Source: an uncultured Rhodospirillaceae bacterium (GTDB lineage Bacteria; Pseudomonadota; Alphaproteobacteria; Rhodospirillales; Magnetospirillaceae). From it: 64,000 nt of DNA. Both the position numbers and the translations under genes were made by a program. Shown in pieces: positions 53,579-62,540 of the stretch (position 1 is its first letter; every line of letters begins with the position of its first letter). Location: contig CAIULK010000014.1 of NCBI GenBank assembly GCA_903899885.1, forward strand, positions 18,362-82,361, in the 5' to 3' direction. The notes beneath the pieces are model-generated. The model made no database searches, was not told the DNA's origin, and worked only from the letters and a program-made list of their open reading frames with translations.

Positions 53579-54523
53579 TCAGGCCGAAATTAACCCCTGA
53601 ACGGCGTCCAGGACCATATCGACTGTCAGGTCCAGCATCAGGCAATCGGATTTGCGGTGGTCGAAATCGGGTGCCCAGCAAATATCCTCGAAACCGCGAG
53701 GGCCGCGCACGCTGGCGCATCGTGGGCCCCAGGGTCCATAAAACACCTCGGACGACGGCCCGAACAGCCCCAAGGTCGGCACGCCCGAGGCCGCGGCGAT
53801 ATGCATCAGCCCGGAATCGTTGCCGATATACAGGGCGCAGCGCTTCAGGCAGGCGTGGGTTGTCGGCAAATCGACCGTTCCCACCAGATCGATCGCCTGC
53901 CCGGCCGGAAGGGAATCCAGGACCGGTTGCGCCGCCGCCCGCTCGGACGCGGCGGCCAGCACGGCGACGCGTGCCCCTGGAAAGCGCCCGTTTGCCGCGG
54001 TCAGGCAGGCGGCAAGCCGGGCGAAACGCTCGGCGGGCCATTGTTTCGGGCTCCAATTGGCGGTCGGCCCCAGAGCCAGCACCGGCGGCCCGGACGGGAC
54101 GCGCCGGGCGGCCTCGGCCTCCTGCTCCGGGGTATTCCACAGACGGGGCGGGAAGGGGGTGTCCCGGCCGATCACCGAAGACATATGCACCAACCGGTGT
54201 TTGGCGTCCCACGACGAACGCAGGACGCGGCGGCGCAAGGTGGGTACCGTCCACGCCAAGGCCGATCCGCGCAGATCGACCACCATCGACCACCAGGTTC
54301 CGGCGACCGTCCGCCACAAGTCCCGCCAATGACCGGCGCGACGGCGCTTGATCATCGGGATTACCCGCTCGACGAACGGCATGGGCTCGAACAAGGGTGC
54401 CGGCACGACGCCGCAGGCCACGGTGAAGCGGGCCCGCGGGTAAATCTCGGCCAAGTGGTTCAACAGTCCGGTGGTCAGGACCGCGTCGCCGATCCGGCTT
54501 TGGGTGATGAAGAGGATGCGCAA
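53579..54523 (-). CDS. GT9 glycosyltransferase (ADP-heptose:LPS heptosyltransferase family)
   Basis: The motifs 'MRILFITQSRIGDAVLTTGLLNHL' and 'LYIGNDSGLMHIAAASGVPTLGLFGPS' are present. Confidence 0.85.
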   Translation of the reverse strand: MRILFITQSRIGDAVLTTGLLNHLAEIYPRARFTVACGVVPAPLFEPMPFVERVIPMIKRRRAGHWRDLWRTVAGTWWSMVVDLRGSALAWTVPTLRRRVLRSSWDAKHRLVHMSSVIGRDTPFPPRLWNTPEQEAEAARRVPSGPPVLALGPTANWSPKQWPAERFARLAACLTAANGRFPGARVAVLAAASERAAAQPVLDSLPAGQAIDLVGTVDLPTTHACLKRCALYIGNDSGLMHIAAASGVPTLGLFGPSSEVFYGPWGPRCASVRGPRGFEDICWAPDFDHRKSDCLMLDLTVDMVLDAVQGLISA

Positions 54524-54530
54524 GGCCGCT

Positions 54531-55799
54531 CTACGGCCGCCAGACGCGCGACGAATCCGGGAAAGGAAGGGTGCGCCACATTCCCTTGATGTCGGCGACC
54601 AGTCCGCCCGGCTTCAAGAATGCCGCCAGCTCCTCGACCGTGTAGGCGACGTAGGCGTCGTGCGGCACGGCGCCGACGACACAATCATAGTTCGTGGCCG
54701 AGGCAAGATCGGACAGCAGCGTGACGCCGTATTCATGAGCCGCCTCCGCCGGGTCGGCGAAGGGGTCGTGAATATCGACCGAATGGCCGCGCACGGTCAG
54801 TGCCCGAATAAGATCGATCACCTTGCTGTTGCGCAAATCGGGGACGTTTTCCTTGAAGGTCAGGCCCAGCATTAGAACGCGCGAGCTGGGAGCCAATCGC
54901 TCGGCGATGCGTGCCGCCAGCCAGCCGCCCATGCCGTCGTTGATCCGGCGTCCGGCCAGGATGATTTCGGGGTTATGACCGTTCGAAAGGGCGCAGGTCG
55001 CCAGATAGAACGGATCGACGCCGATGCAGTGGCCACCGACCAAACCCGGACGAAAATTCAGGAAGTTCCACTTGGTGGCCGAGGCGTCGAGCACGTCGTA
55101 AATCGAAATTCCCAATCGTTGGAAGATCATGGTGATTTCGTTGATGAAGGCGATGTTGATGTCGCGCTGGGCGTTCTCGATCACCTTGGCGGCCTCGGCG
55201 GCGCGGATCGAGGCGGCGCGGAAAACGCCGCCGGTGGTGACGGCGCCGTAAACCTTGGCCAACAGCTCGGTCACCTCGGGCGTTTGACCGGCGATCACCT
55301 TGACGATGCGATCGACGGTGTGTTCGCGGTCGCCGGGATTGATGCGTTCCGGCGAATAGCCCAGGAAGAAATCCCGGCCGCAGACCAGACCGGAATGTTT
55401 TTCCAATTCGGGCCCGCACAGATCCTCGGTCACGCCGGGATAGACGGTGCTTTCGAACACCACCACGGCGCCCTTTTTTAGGGCGCGGCCGACGGTGGCG
55501 CAGGCCTTCATCACCGGGGTCAGGTCGGGGCGGTTTTCCAGATCGACCGGGGTCGGCACGGTGACGATGTAAACGTCGTGCCCCTCGATATCCTTGGGGT
55601 TGGCCGACATCTTCAGGGTGCTGGCGCGCAGCCGGTCCGAATCGATTTCGCCGGTTCGGTCATGATGCTTGTGCAGCTCCGCCACCCGCTCGGCCGAAAT
55701 ATCGAACCCGAGAGTGGGGAAATGGTGGGCGATGCCAACGGCCAGCGGCAGACCGACATAGCCGAGACCAACGACGACAATGGAGCTGTTCTGAGACAT
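54531..55799 (-). CDS. UDP-N-acetyl-hexosamine 6-dehydrogenase (TviB/WbpO/CapL-like nucleotide-sugar dehydrogenase)
   Basis: It has the NAD fold 'IVVVGLGYVGLPLAVG' and the catalytic-Cys region 'PGLVGGHCIGVDPFY'. Confidence 0.85.
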   Translation of the reverse strand: MSQNSSIVVVGLGYVGLPLAVGIAHHFPTLGFDISAERVAELHKHHDRTGEIDSDRLRASTLKMSANPKDIEGHDVYIVTVPTPVDLENRPDLTPVMKACATVGRALKKGAVVVFESTVYPGVTEDLCGPELEKHSGLVCGRDFFLGYSPERINPGDREHTVDRIVKVIAGQTPEVTELLAKVYGAVTTGGVFRAASIRAAEAAKVIENAQRDINIAFINEITMIFQRLGISIYDVLDASATKWNFLNFRPGLVGGHCIGVDPFYLATCALSNGHNPEIILAGRRINDGMGGWLAARIAERLAPSSRVLMLGLTFKENVPDLRNSKVIDLIRALTVRGHSVDIHDPFADPAEAAHEYGVTLLSDLASATNYDCVVGAVPHDAYVAYTVEELAAFLKPGGLVADIKGMWRTLPFPDSSRVWRP

Positions 55800-55835
55800 G
55801 GACGACGCGCGACCCCTAAAATTCGAATGGGAAGG

Positions 55836-55864
55836 ACTAAAGTGTCAAGTCGCCGTCAAGTCAA
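55836..55864 (-). promoter_or_regulatory. Candidate promoter TTGACT-N17-TTTAGT within a triple CTTGAC repeat
   Basis: The minus strand reads 'CTTGACTTGACGGCGACTTGACACTTTAGT', about 35 nt upstream of the dehydrogenase ATG. Confidence 0.3.
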
Positions 55865-55878
55865 GCCGGATCGAGTGT

Positions 55879-58800
55879 CTACGCCCCGACCATGTAGAAC
55901 GCCGACCAGATGTAGGGCGCGCTCCATTGCGGGTTGCGCAGCATTTCCAGCTGGGTCTCGCGCAGGGCCTGGTGCGGCGCCACGCCCGCCATCAGCCGTT
56001 TGTACAGCGCGGCCATCAGGGTTTGGGTGCCGGCGTCGCTGACCTCCCACAAGGATGAGATCACCGATTGGGCGCCCGCTTCCTGGAAAGCGCGGCGCAG
56101 GCCGTAGACGCCTTCGCCCTCGTGGATTTCGCCCAGGCCGGTTTCGCAGGCCGACAAGATCGCCAGCCGGGTGCCCGACAGATCCAGCCCAAGCACTTCC
56201 AGCGCGGTCAGAACCCCGTCGTTGTCCGTGTCGATTTCGCCCAGCACCGGGGCGTTGGCGTTGATTCCGGCAAAGGCAAGACCAGAGCGCAGCAACGGGT
56301 TGTCGCCGGGCGGCGGCACCGGCAGATCGTTGCCGCCGCTGCGTTGCAAGGCCAGCAGGCGCCGGCGCAGCGAATCGTCGGGCTTCAGAAAAAAGCCGTG
56401 CGTGGCGATATGCAGGAATTCCGGCGGGTCGGCGCGGTCGCGCAACACCTGCTCCTGGGCGTCGGCCTTGCTGAACAGCACCGATTGACGGGCGTCGCCC
56501 TCGGGCGTGCTGGCTTGAATGGTCTTTTCGATCAGGCGCCCTTCGCGTTCGGCGCCCGGCAGCGGGTCGAAATGCAGCCCGCGCATGCCCGATGCCAAGC
56601 CCCGCATCGACTCTTGGACCGTGGCACTCCGGCGTTTCAAGGTTTCGACGGTGGTCTTGTCGGCCAGAATGTCGAGATTGTAGTCGGGACCGGCGGCCAC
56701 CACGAAGCCGCCCTTGGCGGGCGGCACATGGGTGGGCAGCAGATCGCGGGCCGATCCCAGGATATGCAGGTCGATCCGTTCCATCAGATAGCGGCCGTTC
56801 TTTTCGACCAAGGCGGCGAAAGGCAGGATGTTCAAGGTGCCGTCGGGCACGACATACACATTGGTGCGCTTTCCGATCACCCGCTCCAACGGTTGCCAAA
56901 TCCGGCCGTAGACCGCCTGACCGCTGTCTTGCAGATCGTCGAGCTCGATATCCTCGTTTTGGATGTCCGCGCGGTATTTTAAAATGGCGGCGTCAATATC
57001 GGCGGCGTGGTCGTAGACCACCGTTTGATAGACCGGCTTGCCGTCTTCCTTATGCACCGCCCCGGCGACCAGACGCCGCGCCGATCCCTCGCCCAGCGTG
57101 AAGAAATCGACCAACACGGCGTCGTCGGGCAAGGCGGCGGCCACCTGTTCGGCCGTCACCGGCGCCACCTGTTCGCGGAAGCGCTGGCTGGCGCGCCCCA
57201 AATCGCCTTCCAGACGGTGAATCTGGTCCTCCAGATCGGCCATCACCTCAAGATGATGCTCGTGGGTTTCCGGGGTCGGGCCGGACAGGGTCAGCGCCGC
57301 CAGTTTCTTGCGCGCCAGTTCCAGTTGTCCGGCCAGTTTGGCCATTTCCGGGTCACGCGACAGCCGGGTGATTTGCTGAATTTGCGAGGCGACCGACAAC
57401 AGCAAGCCCTTGCGGGCGACGGTGACGTCGAGCATGCCCTTGCCGCTGACCGCTTCGCTCTTCTTGAGCAGCGCGTTCACGTAGTCGGCCAGTTCCGGGG
57501 CGTGCAGGCGGACATAGCCTTCGCGCGCGTTGTCGCCGGTTACCGGCAGCATGCGTTCGTAGAAGATGTTGCGCCGCTCGAAGATGGTCCGCCGGGTGGT
57601 CAGCGCCGCATCGACATCGCCCAGATCCTCTTGAACCCCGGCCAGGGTGTTTAGGACCTCGAAGGTATAGGGATGGCTGGGACCCAGGACGATCTCGTCG
57701 GTGGCCAGCGTGACCTTCAACAAGGCCAGTGCCTTGTCGAAACGCTTGGTCTGACGGTAGAGCGCCGCCAGATCGTGCATCGAGCGCAAGGTGTCCAGAT
57801 GGTTGGGGCCCAAGGCGGCGCGGCGGGCGGCCAGCGCTTGGTCGAACAGGGTTTCGGCTTCCTTGACGTGACCGGCGCCCGCTTCGGCGCGGGCCAGATT
57901 GTTGAGAGCCTTCAGTGTGTCTTGGTGGGTGGGGCCCAGCGTCTTTTTCCACGCCTCATGCACCGCCCGGAAGCGGGGGGCGGCGTCGGCGTAGCGGCCT
58001 TGCAACAGGTACAGATAGGCCAGATTATTGTCGGCGGCGGCGGCCTCGGGGTGGCGCGGCCCGCTCATTTTCGCCTCGGTCGCCGCGACGGTTTTGTAAA
58101 GCGGCTCGGCGCGGTCGAACAGTCCTTGCGATTCATACAGCAGGGCCAAATTGTTCATGCCCGCCAAGGTCGTCGGGTGGGTGTCGCCGTAAATCTTGTG
58201 TTCGGAGTCGAAGGCGGCGCGCAAGGGGGGTTCGGCCTGATCGAACAGGCCCTCCTTCTCCAGGATTTCGCCGAGATTGCCCGCCGCGACGGCGGTCGCC
58301 GGATGGCTGTCGCCCAGAATTTTGTGATACCCGGCGTAGGCGGTGGCGAATCCGTTCTCCGCCTCGGCCAAGCGGCCCTGCTTGCGGTGAATGGCGGCCA
58401 GCGTGCCGGTCGCCGCCAGGGTTTGCGGATGGTCGGGACCAAGGGTTTTGGTGGCGTGGTCCAGAACCTCGGCCGCCAGTTTTTCGGCCGCCTCCAGATC
58501 GTCCTGATCCGAGAGAACCTCGGCCAAGTCGGCCTTGGCGCGCCACGAGGTCAAGGGTTCCAGGGCCGTCCTCGCCTCGGCCAATCGTCCTTGCGCCCGA
58601 AAGGTTTCGCCCCGTCCGGCTTGCAGTCCGGGGACGGCTGGGTCGCTGGCGGGCAGGCCCGCCAGGGCCTTGTCGTATGCGGTCACCGCGTCGGGAAACA
58701 GGCCCCGCTCGCGTGCCAGATCCGCCGACAGGCCCAGGCAGTGCAGGCTGTCGAGATGGCTGTCGCCCAGGATTTTGCGGGTGGTGGCGCACAGGCCGGG

Positions 58801-59412
58801 CAGCACCCCGGCGGCGGCCTCCAACCGTCCGGCGGTCAGATCGGATTGCACCAAGGCTTGCTTGGCGGCCAAGGTCAGCGGATGGGTCCGGCCCAAGGCG
58901 GTGCCGGCGTTGGCGACATTGGCGGTGCGGTATTCGCGGGCCTTGGCGAACAGCCCGTTCGCCTCGTACATCTGGGCGGCAAGGCCCCGGATGCGCAGGG
59001 TCTCGGGATGGCCGTTGCCCAAAACCGCGTCGGCCGAGGCCAGCGCCGTGGTGAACGCGGTTTCGGCGGCCTCGACATGCCCGGCGCGGCCTTCCAACTG
59101 CCCCAGATCGGTGGCGGAAATGATTGTGGCGATGTGATTCTCACCCAGATTGTCGCGGGCGATCGACAGCGCCATCCGGGCGGCATCCAACGCCGCGTCT
59201 TGGGGGGTGGCGGGATCGACCGCCTTGGCGTGGGTGCGGTTCCACATCACCGCGGCGCGGCGCTTGGCGTCGGGCACGTCCGAGGCGGCTTGCCGCTTCG
59301 CATCGACCCAGGCGGGCAGGGCCGAGGGGTCGGCCGCCGAACCGGAGTGCGGGGCCAGGGCCAGGGCCAATCCCAGATACAGCGCCAGCGGCAGCCTTTG
59401 GTCGCGCATCAT
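55879..59412 (-). CDS. Secreted TPR-repeat / CHAT (caspase-like peptidase) domain protein, 1177 aa
   Basis: The signal peptide is 'LALYLGLALALAPHSGSAADP'. About a dozen TPR_12-type repeats follow ('LG..HP.T'). The C-terminal CHAT domain has His in 'HIATHGFF' (codon 56398..56400) and Cys in 'ILSACETG' (codon 56146..56148). Confidence 0.85.
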   Translation of the reverse strand: MMRDQRLPLALYLGLALALAPHSGSAADPSALPAWVDAKRQAASDVPDAKRRAAVMWNRTHAKAVDPATPQDAALDAARMALSIARDNLGENHIATIISATDLGQLEGRAGHVEAAETAFTTALASADAVLGNGHPETLRIRGLAAQMYEANGLFAKAREYRTANVANAGTALGRTHPLTLAAKQALVQSDLTAGRLEAAAGVLPGLCATTRKILGDSHLDSLHCLGLSADLARERGLFPDAVTAYDKALAGLPASDPAVPGLQAGRGETFRAQGRLAEARTALEPLTSWRAKADLAEVLSDQDDLEAAEKLAAEVLDHATKTLGPDHPQTLAATGTLAAIHRKQGRLAEAENGFATAYAGYHKILGDSHPATAVAAGNLGEILEKEGLFDQAEPPLRAAFDSEHKIYGDTHPTTLAGMNNLALLYESQGLFDRAEPLYKTVAATEAKMSGPRHPEAAAADNNLAYLYLLQGRYADAAPRFRAVHEAWKKTLGPTHQDTLKALNNLARAEAGAGHVKEAETLFDQALAARRAALGPNHLDTLRSMHDLAALYRQTKRFDKALALLKVTLATDEIVLGPSHPYTFEVLNTLAGVQEDLGDVDAALTTRRTIFERRNIFYERMLPVTGDNAREGYVRLHAPELADYVNALLKKSEAVSGKGMLDVTVARKGLLLSVASQIQQITRLSRDPEMAKLAGQLELARKKLAALTLSGPTPETHEHHLEVMADLEDQIHRLEGDLGRASQRFREQVAPVTAEQVAAALPDDAVLVDFFTLGEGSARRLVAGAVHKEDGKPVYQTVVYDHAADIDAAILKYRADIQNEDIELDDLQDSGQAVYGRIWQPLERVIGKRTNVYVVPDGTLNILPFAALVEKNGRYLMERIDLHILGSARDLLPTHVPPAKGGFVVAAGPDYNLDILADKTTVETLKRRSATVQESMRGLASGMRGLHFDPLPGAEREGRLIEKTIQASTPEGDARQSVLFSKADAQEQVLRDRADPPEFLHIATHGFFLKPDDSLRRRLLALQRSGGNDLPVPPPGDNPLLRSGLAFAGINANAPVLGEIDTDNDGVLTALEVLGLDLSGTRLAILSACETGLGEIHEGEGVYGLRRAFQEAGAQSVISSLWEVSDAGTQTLMAALYKRLMAGVAPHQALRETQLEMLRNPQWSAPYIWSAFYMVGA

Positions 59413-61469
59413 TTTTCCTTATGGGTATAGACGCCGTCCCAGTCGGTACCGGGCGGTTCGGCCTCGAAATGAGCGATCCGGTCGAGGTAGATCGTGTAGA
59501 TCATCCGGTTGGGTTCCAAGGCGGTCAGGGCCTGGAATCCGGCCTTGGCGGTGGCCCAATCTTGAGCGCGGAAGGCGGCCAGGGCCGCGTGATGGCGGGC
59601 CAGAACGGCCAGGGTGTCGGCGGAAACCTCGCCCTCGAAACCCAAGGGTTCGAACAGATGGACCGGCTGATCCTTGCCCTTGACCCGCACGCGGTCGATT
59701 TCGCGGCAAATCAGATCGGGCACGGCGGCGCGGGTGAATTCGCTGATCATCGCGCCGACCCCGTATTGCTTGGTCAGGCTTTCGATGCGCGAACCCAGAT
59801 TGACCGCGTCACCCATCACCGTATAGGCCAACCGGAAATCGGATCCCATGTTGCCGACGCTCATCACGCCGGAATTCAGGCCGATGCCGACCTTGATCGG
59901 TTTCCAGCCGCGCGCCACGAAATCGACCGACAGATCCTCCATGGTCTTGCCCATCGCCATCGCCGCTTGCACGGCGTGCCGCGCGTGATCGGGATCGGTC
60001 AAGGGCGCGCCCCAAAAGGCCATGATCGCGTCGCCCATGTATTTGTCGATGGTGCCGTGATTTTGGTGGATCACCCGGGTCATCGGCGACAGGAAGGCGT
60101 TCATCAGGACGGTGAGTTCCTGCGGCGCCAAGCCCTCTGAAATCGAGGTGAAGCCGCGAACATCGGAAAACAGCACGGTCATTTCACGCGATTCGCCGCC
60201 GACCGAGACTTCCTGGCCGGTCCGGCTCATCTCGGCGACCAGTTCGGCGGGGATATATTGGCCGAAGGTCCGCGAAATTTGGCGCCGCTGGCGGCGTTCG
60301 AGGATGAATTGGCGGAACTCGACCACCAAATGGCCAAGGATCAGGGCCGCCAGGATATAGCTCATCGGCACGATCAGACCGCGCGACACATACAGCACGG
60401 TGGCGGTCGCGATGAAGCCGCCGACGATCGCGAAGAAGCCCAGCGCACGGCGGAACGGCGAATGGACCCACGCTTCCAGCAGCACCAGCAGCGCCATCAT
60501 GCCCAACGCCACGGCGGTTTCGAGCGGAGCGCCCAGCGGCTGCAAGGGGCCACCCTTGAGCAGGGTGGCGATGGTGTCGCCGATGATCTCGACCCCGTAG
60601 ACCGAGCCGACCGGCGTGTCGAACCAGTCGTGCGAGACATCCGAGGTATCGCCGATCAGCACGATCTTGTCGCGCACCCAGGTGGCCAGTTCCTCGCGGT
60701 CGCCCGGATCCATCGCGTCGAGATCGACCAGGAATTCGTTGGCGGAAATTCCGGTGGTCTGGCTGAGGAAGCGGGTGCCGGTCACCAGCGGGGGATAATC
60801 GATGGCGATCCGGCTGGATTCGTCCAAGGGCACCGCGCGGTCGCCCAGGATCAACCGGTTGGCGTCCAGCTTGGGCGTGACCCCCAGATAAGCGGCGACC
60901 GCCTTGACGGCGATCGGCCAGCCGCCCGGCTGACCGGTCGCCTCGGGATAGATCTTGACCCGCGACAAGTTGGTCATCAACCGGCTCGACGAGACCGCGT
61001 TGGCATAGCCGGTGTCTGCGGCGGCATCGAGAACCGGGGTCGGGTGATTGATGCGCCCCATCTTGCCGTTTTTCACCTCGCCCTGCGAGACCAGCAGGAC
61101 GTTTCCAGCCTCCCGCAAGGCGGCCGCCAGGATGGGGTCCTCGCCGTAGGACGAGGGGAAGTCCATCAACATATCGACCACGGCCACGCGGGCGCCAAGC
61201 GCCCGGACGTTGCGGACGATGGTCCCGATATCGGTGCGGCGTAGCGGAAAGCTTTTATAGGCCTTGAAGAACGCCTCGTCGGTGTTGACGAAGCCGACGT
61301 CGGGCAGGGGGGCGAGGGCGGCGGGGTCGCCGTAGGCCAAACGCATCTGGTGGCGAAAGCCGATGGTCTGATCCTCGATCAACGAGAACCATTCCTGCCG
61401 TTGGCCGAGAACGGCCAGCCCGCACAGCAAGACCACCAGAGCGAGGTCATAGCGTCTGGTGGTCTTCAT
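59409..61469 (-). CDS. CHASE2-sensor class III adenylate/guanylate cyclase
   Basis: An N-terminal TM helix and periplasmic CHASE2-like region are followed by a 3-TM block. The cyclase motifs 'VLFSDVRGFTSISE', 'GDAIMAFWGAP' and 'VNLGSRIES' are present. There is a helical-repeat C-terminal tail. The stop overlaps the CHAT start (ATGA). Confidence 0.85.
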   Translation of the reverse strand: MKTTRRYDLALVVLLCGLAVLGQRQEWFSLIEDQTIGFRHQMRLAYGDPAALAPLPDVGFVNTDEAFFKAYKSFPLRRTDIGTIVRNVRALGARVAVVDMLMDFPSSYGEDPILAAALREAGNVLLVSQGEVKNGKMGRINHPTPVLDAAADTGYANAVSSSRLMTNLSRVKIYPEATGQPGGWPIAVKAVAAYLGVTPKLDANRLILGDRAVPLDESSRIAIDYPPLVTGTRFLSQTTGISANEFLVDLDAMDPGDREELATWVRDKIVLIGDTSDVSHDWFDTPVGSVYGVEIIGDTIATLLKGGPLQPLGAPLETAVALGMMALLVLLEAWVHSPFRRALGFFAIVGGFIATATVLYVSRGLIVPMSYILAALILGHLVVEFRQFILERRQRRQISRTFGQYIPAELVAEMSRTGQEVSVGGESREMTVLFSDVRGFTSISEGLAPQELTVLMNAFLSPMTRVIHQNHGTIDKYMGDAIMAFWGAPLTDPDHARHAVQAAMAMGKTMEDLSVDFVARGWKPIKVGIGLNSGVMSVGNMGSDFRLAYTVMGDAVNLGSRIESLTKQYGVGAMISEFTRAAVPDLICREIDRVRVKGKDQPVHLFEPLGFEGEVSADTLAVLARHHAALAAFRAQDWATAKAGFQALTALEPNRMIYTIYLDRIAHFEAEPPGTDWDGVYTHKEK

Positions 61470-61498
61470 GTTGTCGTCTCCAAAAAAGGACGAACCGC

Positions 61499-62452
61499 CT
61501 AGTTCGTGCCCAGCATATCGTTGTAAAGCGTGGCTTCGGCCTGCTTCAGGTCGGCCAGCTTCAGCTCGTTGTAGATGCGGATCAACAGCGGACGCATGTC
61601 GTTGTCGTCCTTGTTTTCGTTGAAGTATTTACGGTAGGCATCCATCGCCGCGACCAGCACGCCTTTTTCATCGAGCAGATTGGCCAGCGGGAAGACGTCA
61701 TTGGGGGCACCGGCCTTGACGCGGGCGACGCTGTCGGCCAGCGCCTTGTCCTCGGCGGGCGACAACCAGATCAACGAGCCTTCCTTGTCGGCTTCCGACA
61801 CCACGTGACCGCCGCCATCCATCACCGCGACCGAGAAACCATGGGTTCCGGCCGACAGGGTGGGAACGTGGTAGCGGATCACCTTGTCGTCCGAGCCTTG
61901 CACCGTCGTCTTGGCGCCGTCGATGGTGATCACATAGGAATAGGCCTTGCCGAAGCTTTGCCAGACCAGATCGGGATAGGTCGCCGACAGCGTGACTTCA
62001 CGCGCCACCCGCAGTTTCGGCTGGCTGTCTTGCTGCACGCCCCGCCGCACGGCGGTATAGCGCTGCGCCTCGGCGAAGCGGTTGGCCAAACCGGCCGAGA
62101 GGTCGCCGCTTGCCGCCTCGGGGGCGGAGAGGCTGCCCGACACCACTTCGGGGGCCGCCGCGCCGATGCGAACCTGGGAACTGGGGCCCATCGTCCGGGC
62201 CATGTTGGTGGCTTGATCGACCAGCTTGCCCGAACCATCGGCGCCGGTCCGCACCAAGTCGCCCGCGAACAGGAATTTGTTTCGGGTGACCGCCTTCCAG
62301 CTGCTGCCGTCGCGGCTTTGTTCAACCGTCCCCATTACTTGGGTCAGCATCGCGACCGGCGGATCGGCCGCCAGCACGGGCATGCCGAACAGGATCGTGA
62401 AAAGCGCCAGAATTAGGGTGAACTTGGTCATCACAGCGAACTTGGTCGGCAT
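61499..62452 (-). CDS. Secreted FecR-domain protein
   Basis: The signal/anchor is '[22 protein letters not shown]'. The FecR-like beta region reads '[38 protein letters not shown]'. The ATG at 62452 has a GGGAGA RBS. Confidence 0.6.
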   Translation of the reverse strand: MPTKFAVMTKFTLILALFTILFGMPVLAADPPVAMLTQVMGTVEQSRDGSSWKAVTRNKFLFAGDLVRTGADGSGKLVDQATNMARTMGPSSQVRIGAAAPEVVSGSLSAPEAASGDLSAGLANRFAEAQRYTAVRRGVQQDSQPKLRVAREVTLSATYPDLVWQSFGKAYSYVITIDGAKTTVQGSDDKVIRYHVPTLSAGTHGFSVAVMDGGGHVVSEADKEGSLIWLSPAEDKALADSVARVKAGAPNDVFPLANLLDEKGVLVAAMDAYRKYFNENKDDNDMRPLLIRIYNELKLADLKQAEATLYNDMLGTN

Positions 62453-62540
62453 CGTGAATCTCCCGCATCGAGGATCCACAGTGTACGCGAGGTTCGCCAA
62501 AAAAACGATCCGTGTGTTACCCGATGATTCGCGCCATTTT

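Noticed and set aside
57673-59430. Long antisense ORFs opposite real genes: 57673..59430 +, 60258..61244 +, 62634..63932 +, 52500..54329 -, 13765..14793 -, 19220..20257 -, 20854..22122 -, 22076..23299 -, 2972..3958 - and 24035..24979 -.
   Set aside because: Their translations are dominated by R/G/P/A/Q runs and have no recognisable motifs. The opposite strand encodes proteins with clear family signatures. This is the typical shadow-ORF artefact of high-GC genomes.
62453-62540. A T7 run (minus strand; A7 at 62499..62505 on the + strand) between fliD and the FecR-like gene, considered as an intrinsic terminator.
   Set aside because: I could not find a convincing GC-rich hairpin immediately upstream of the U-tract. 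I leave open whether fliD is co-transcribed with the FecR/CHASE2/CHAT genes.
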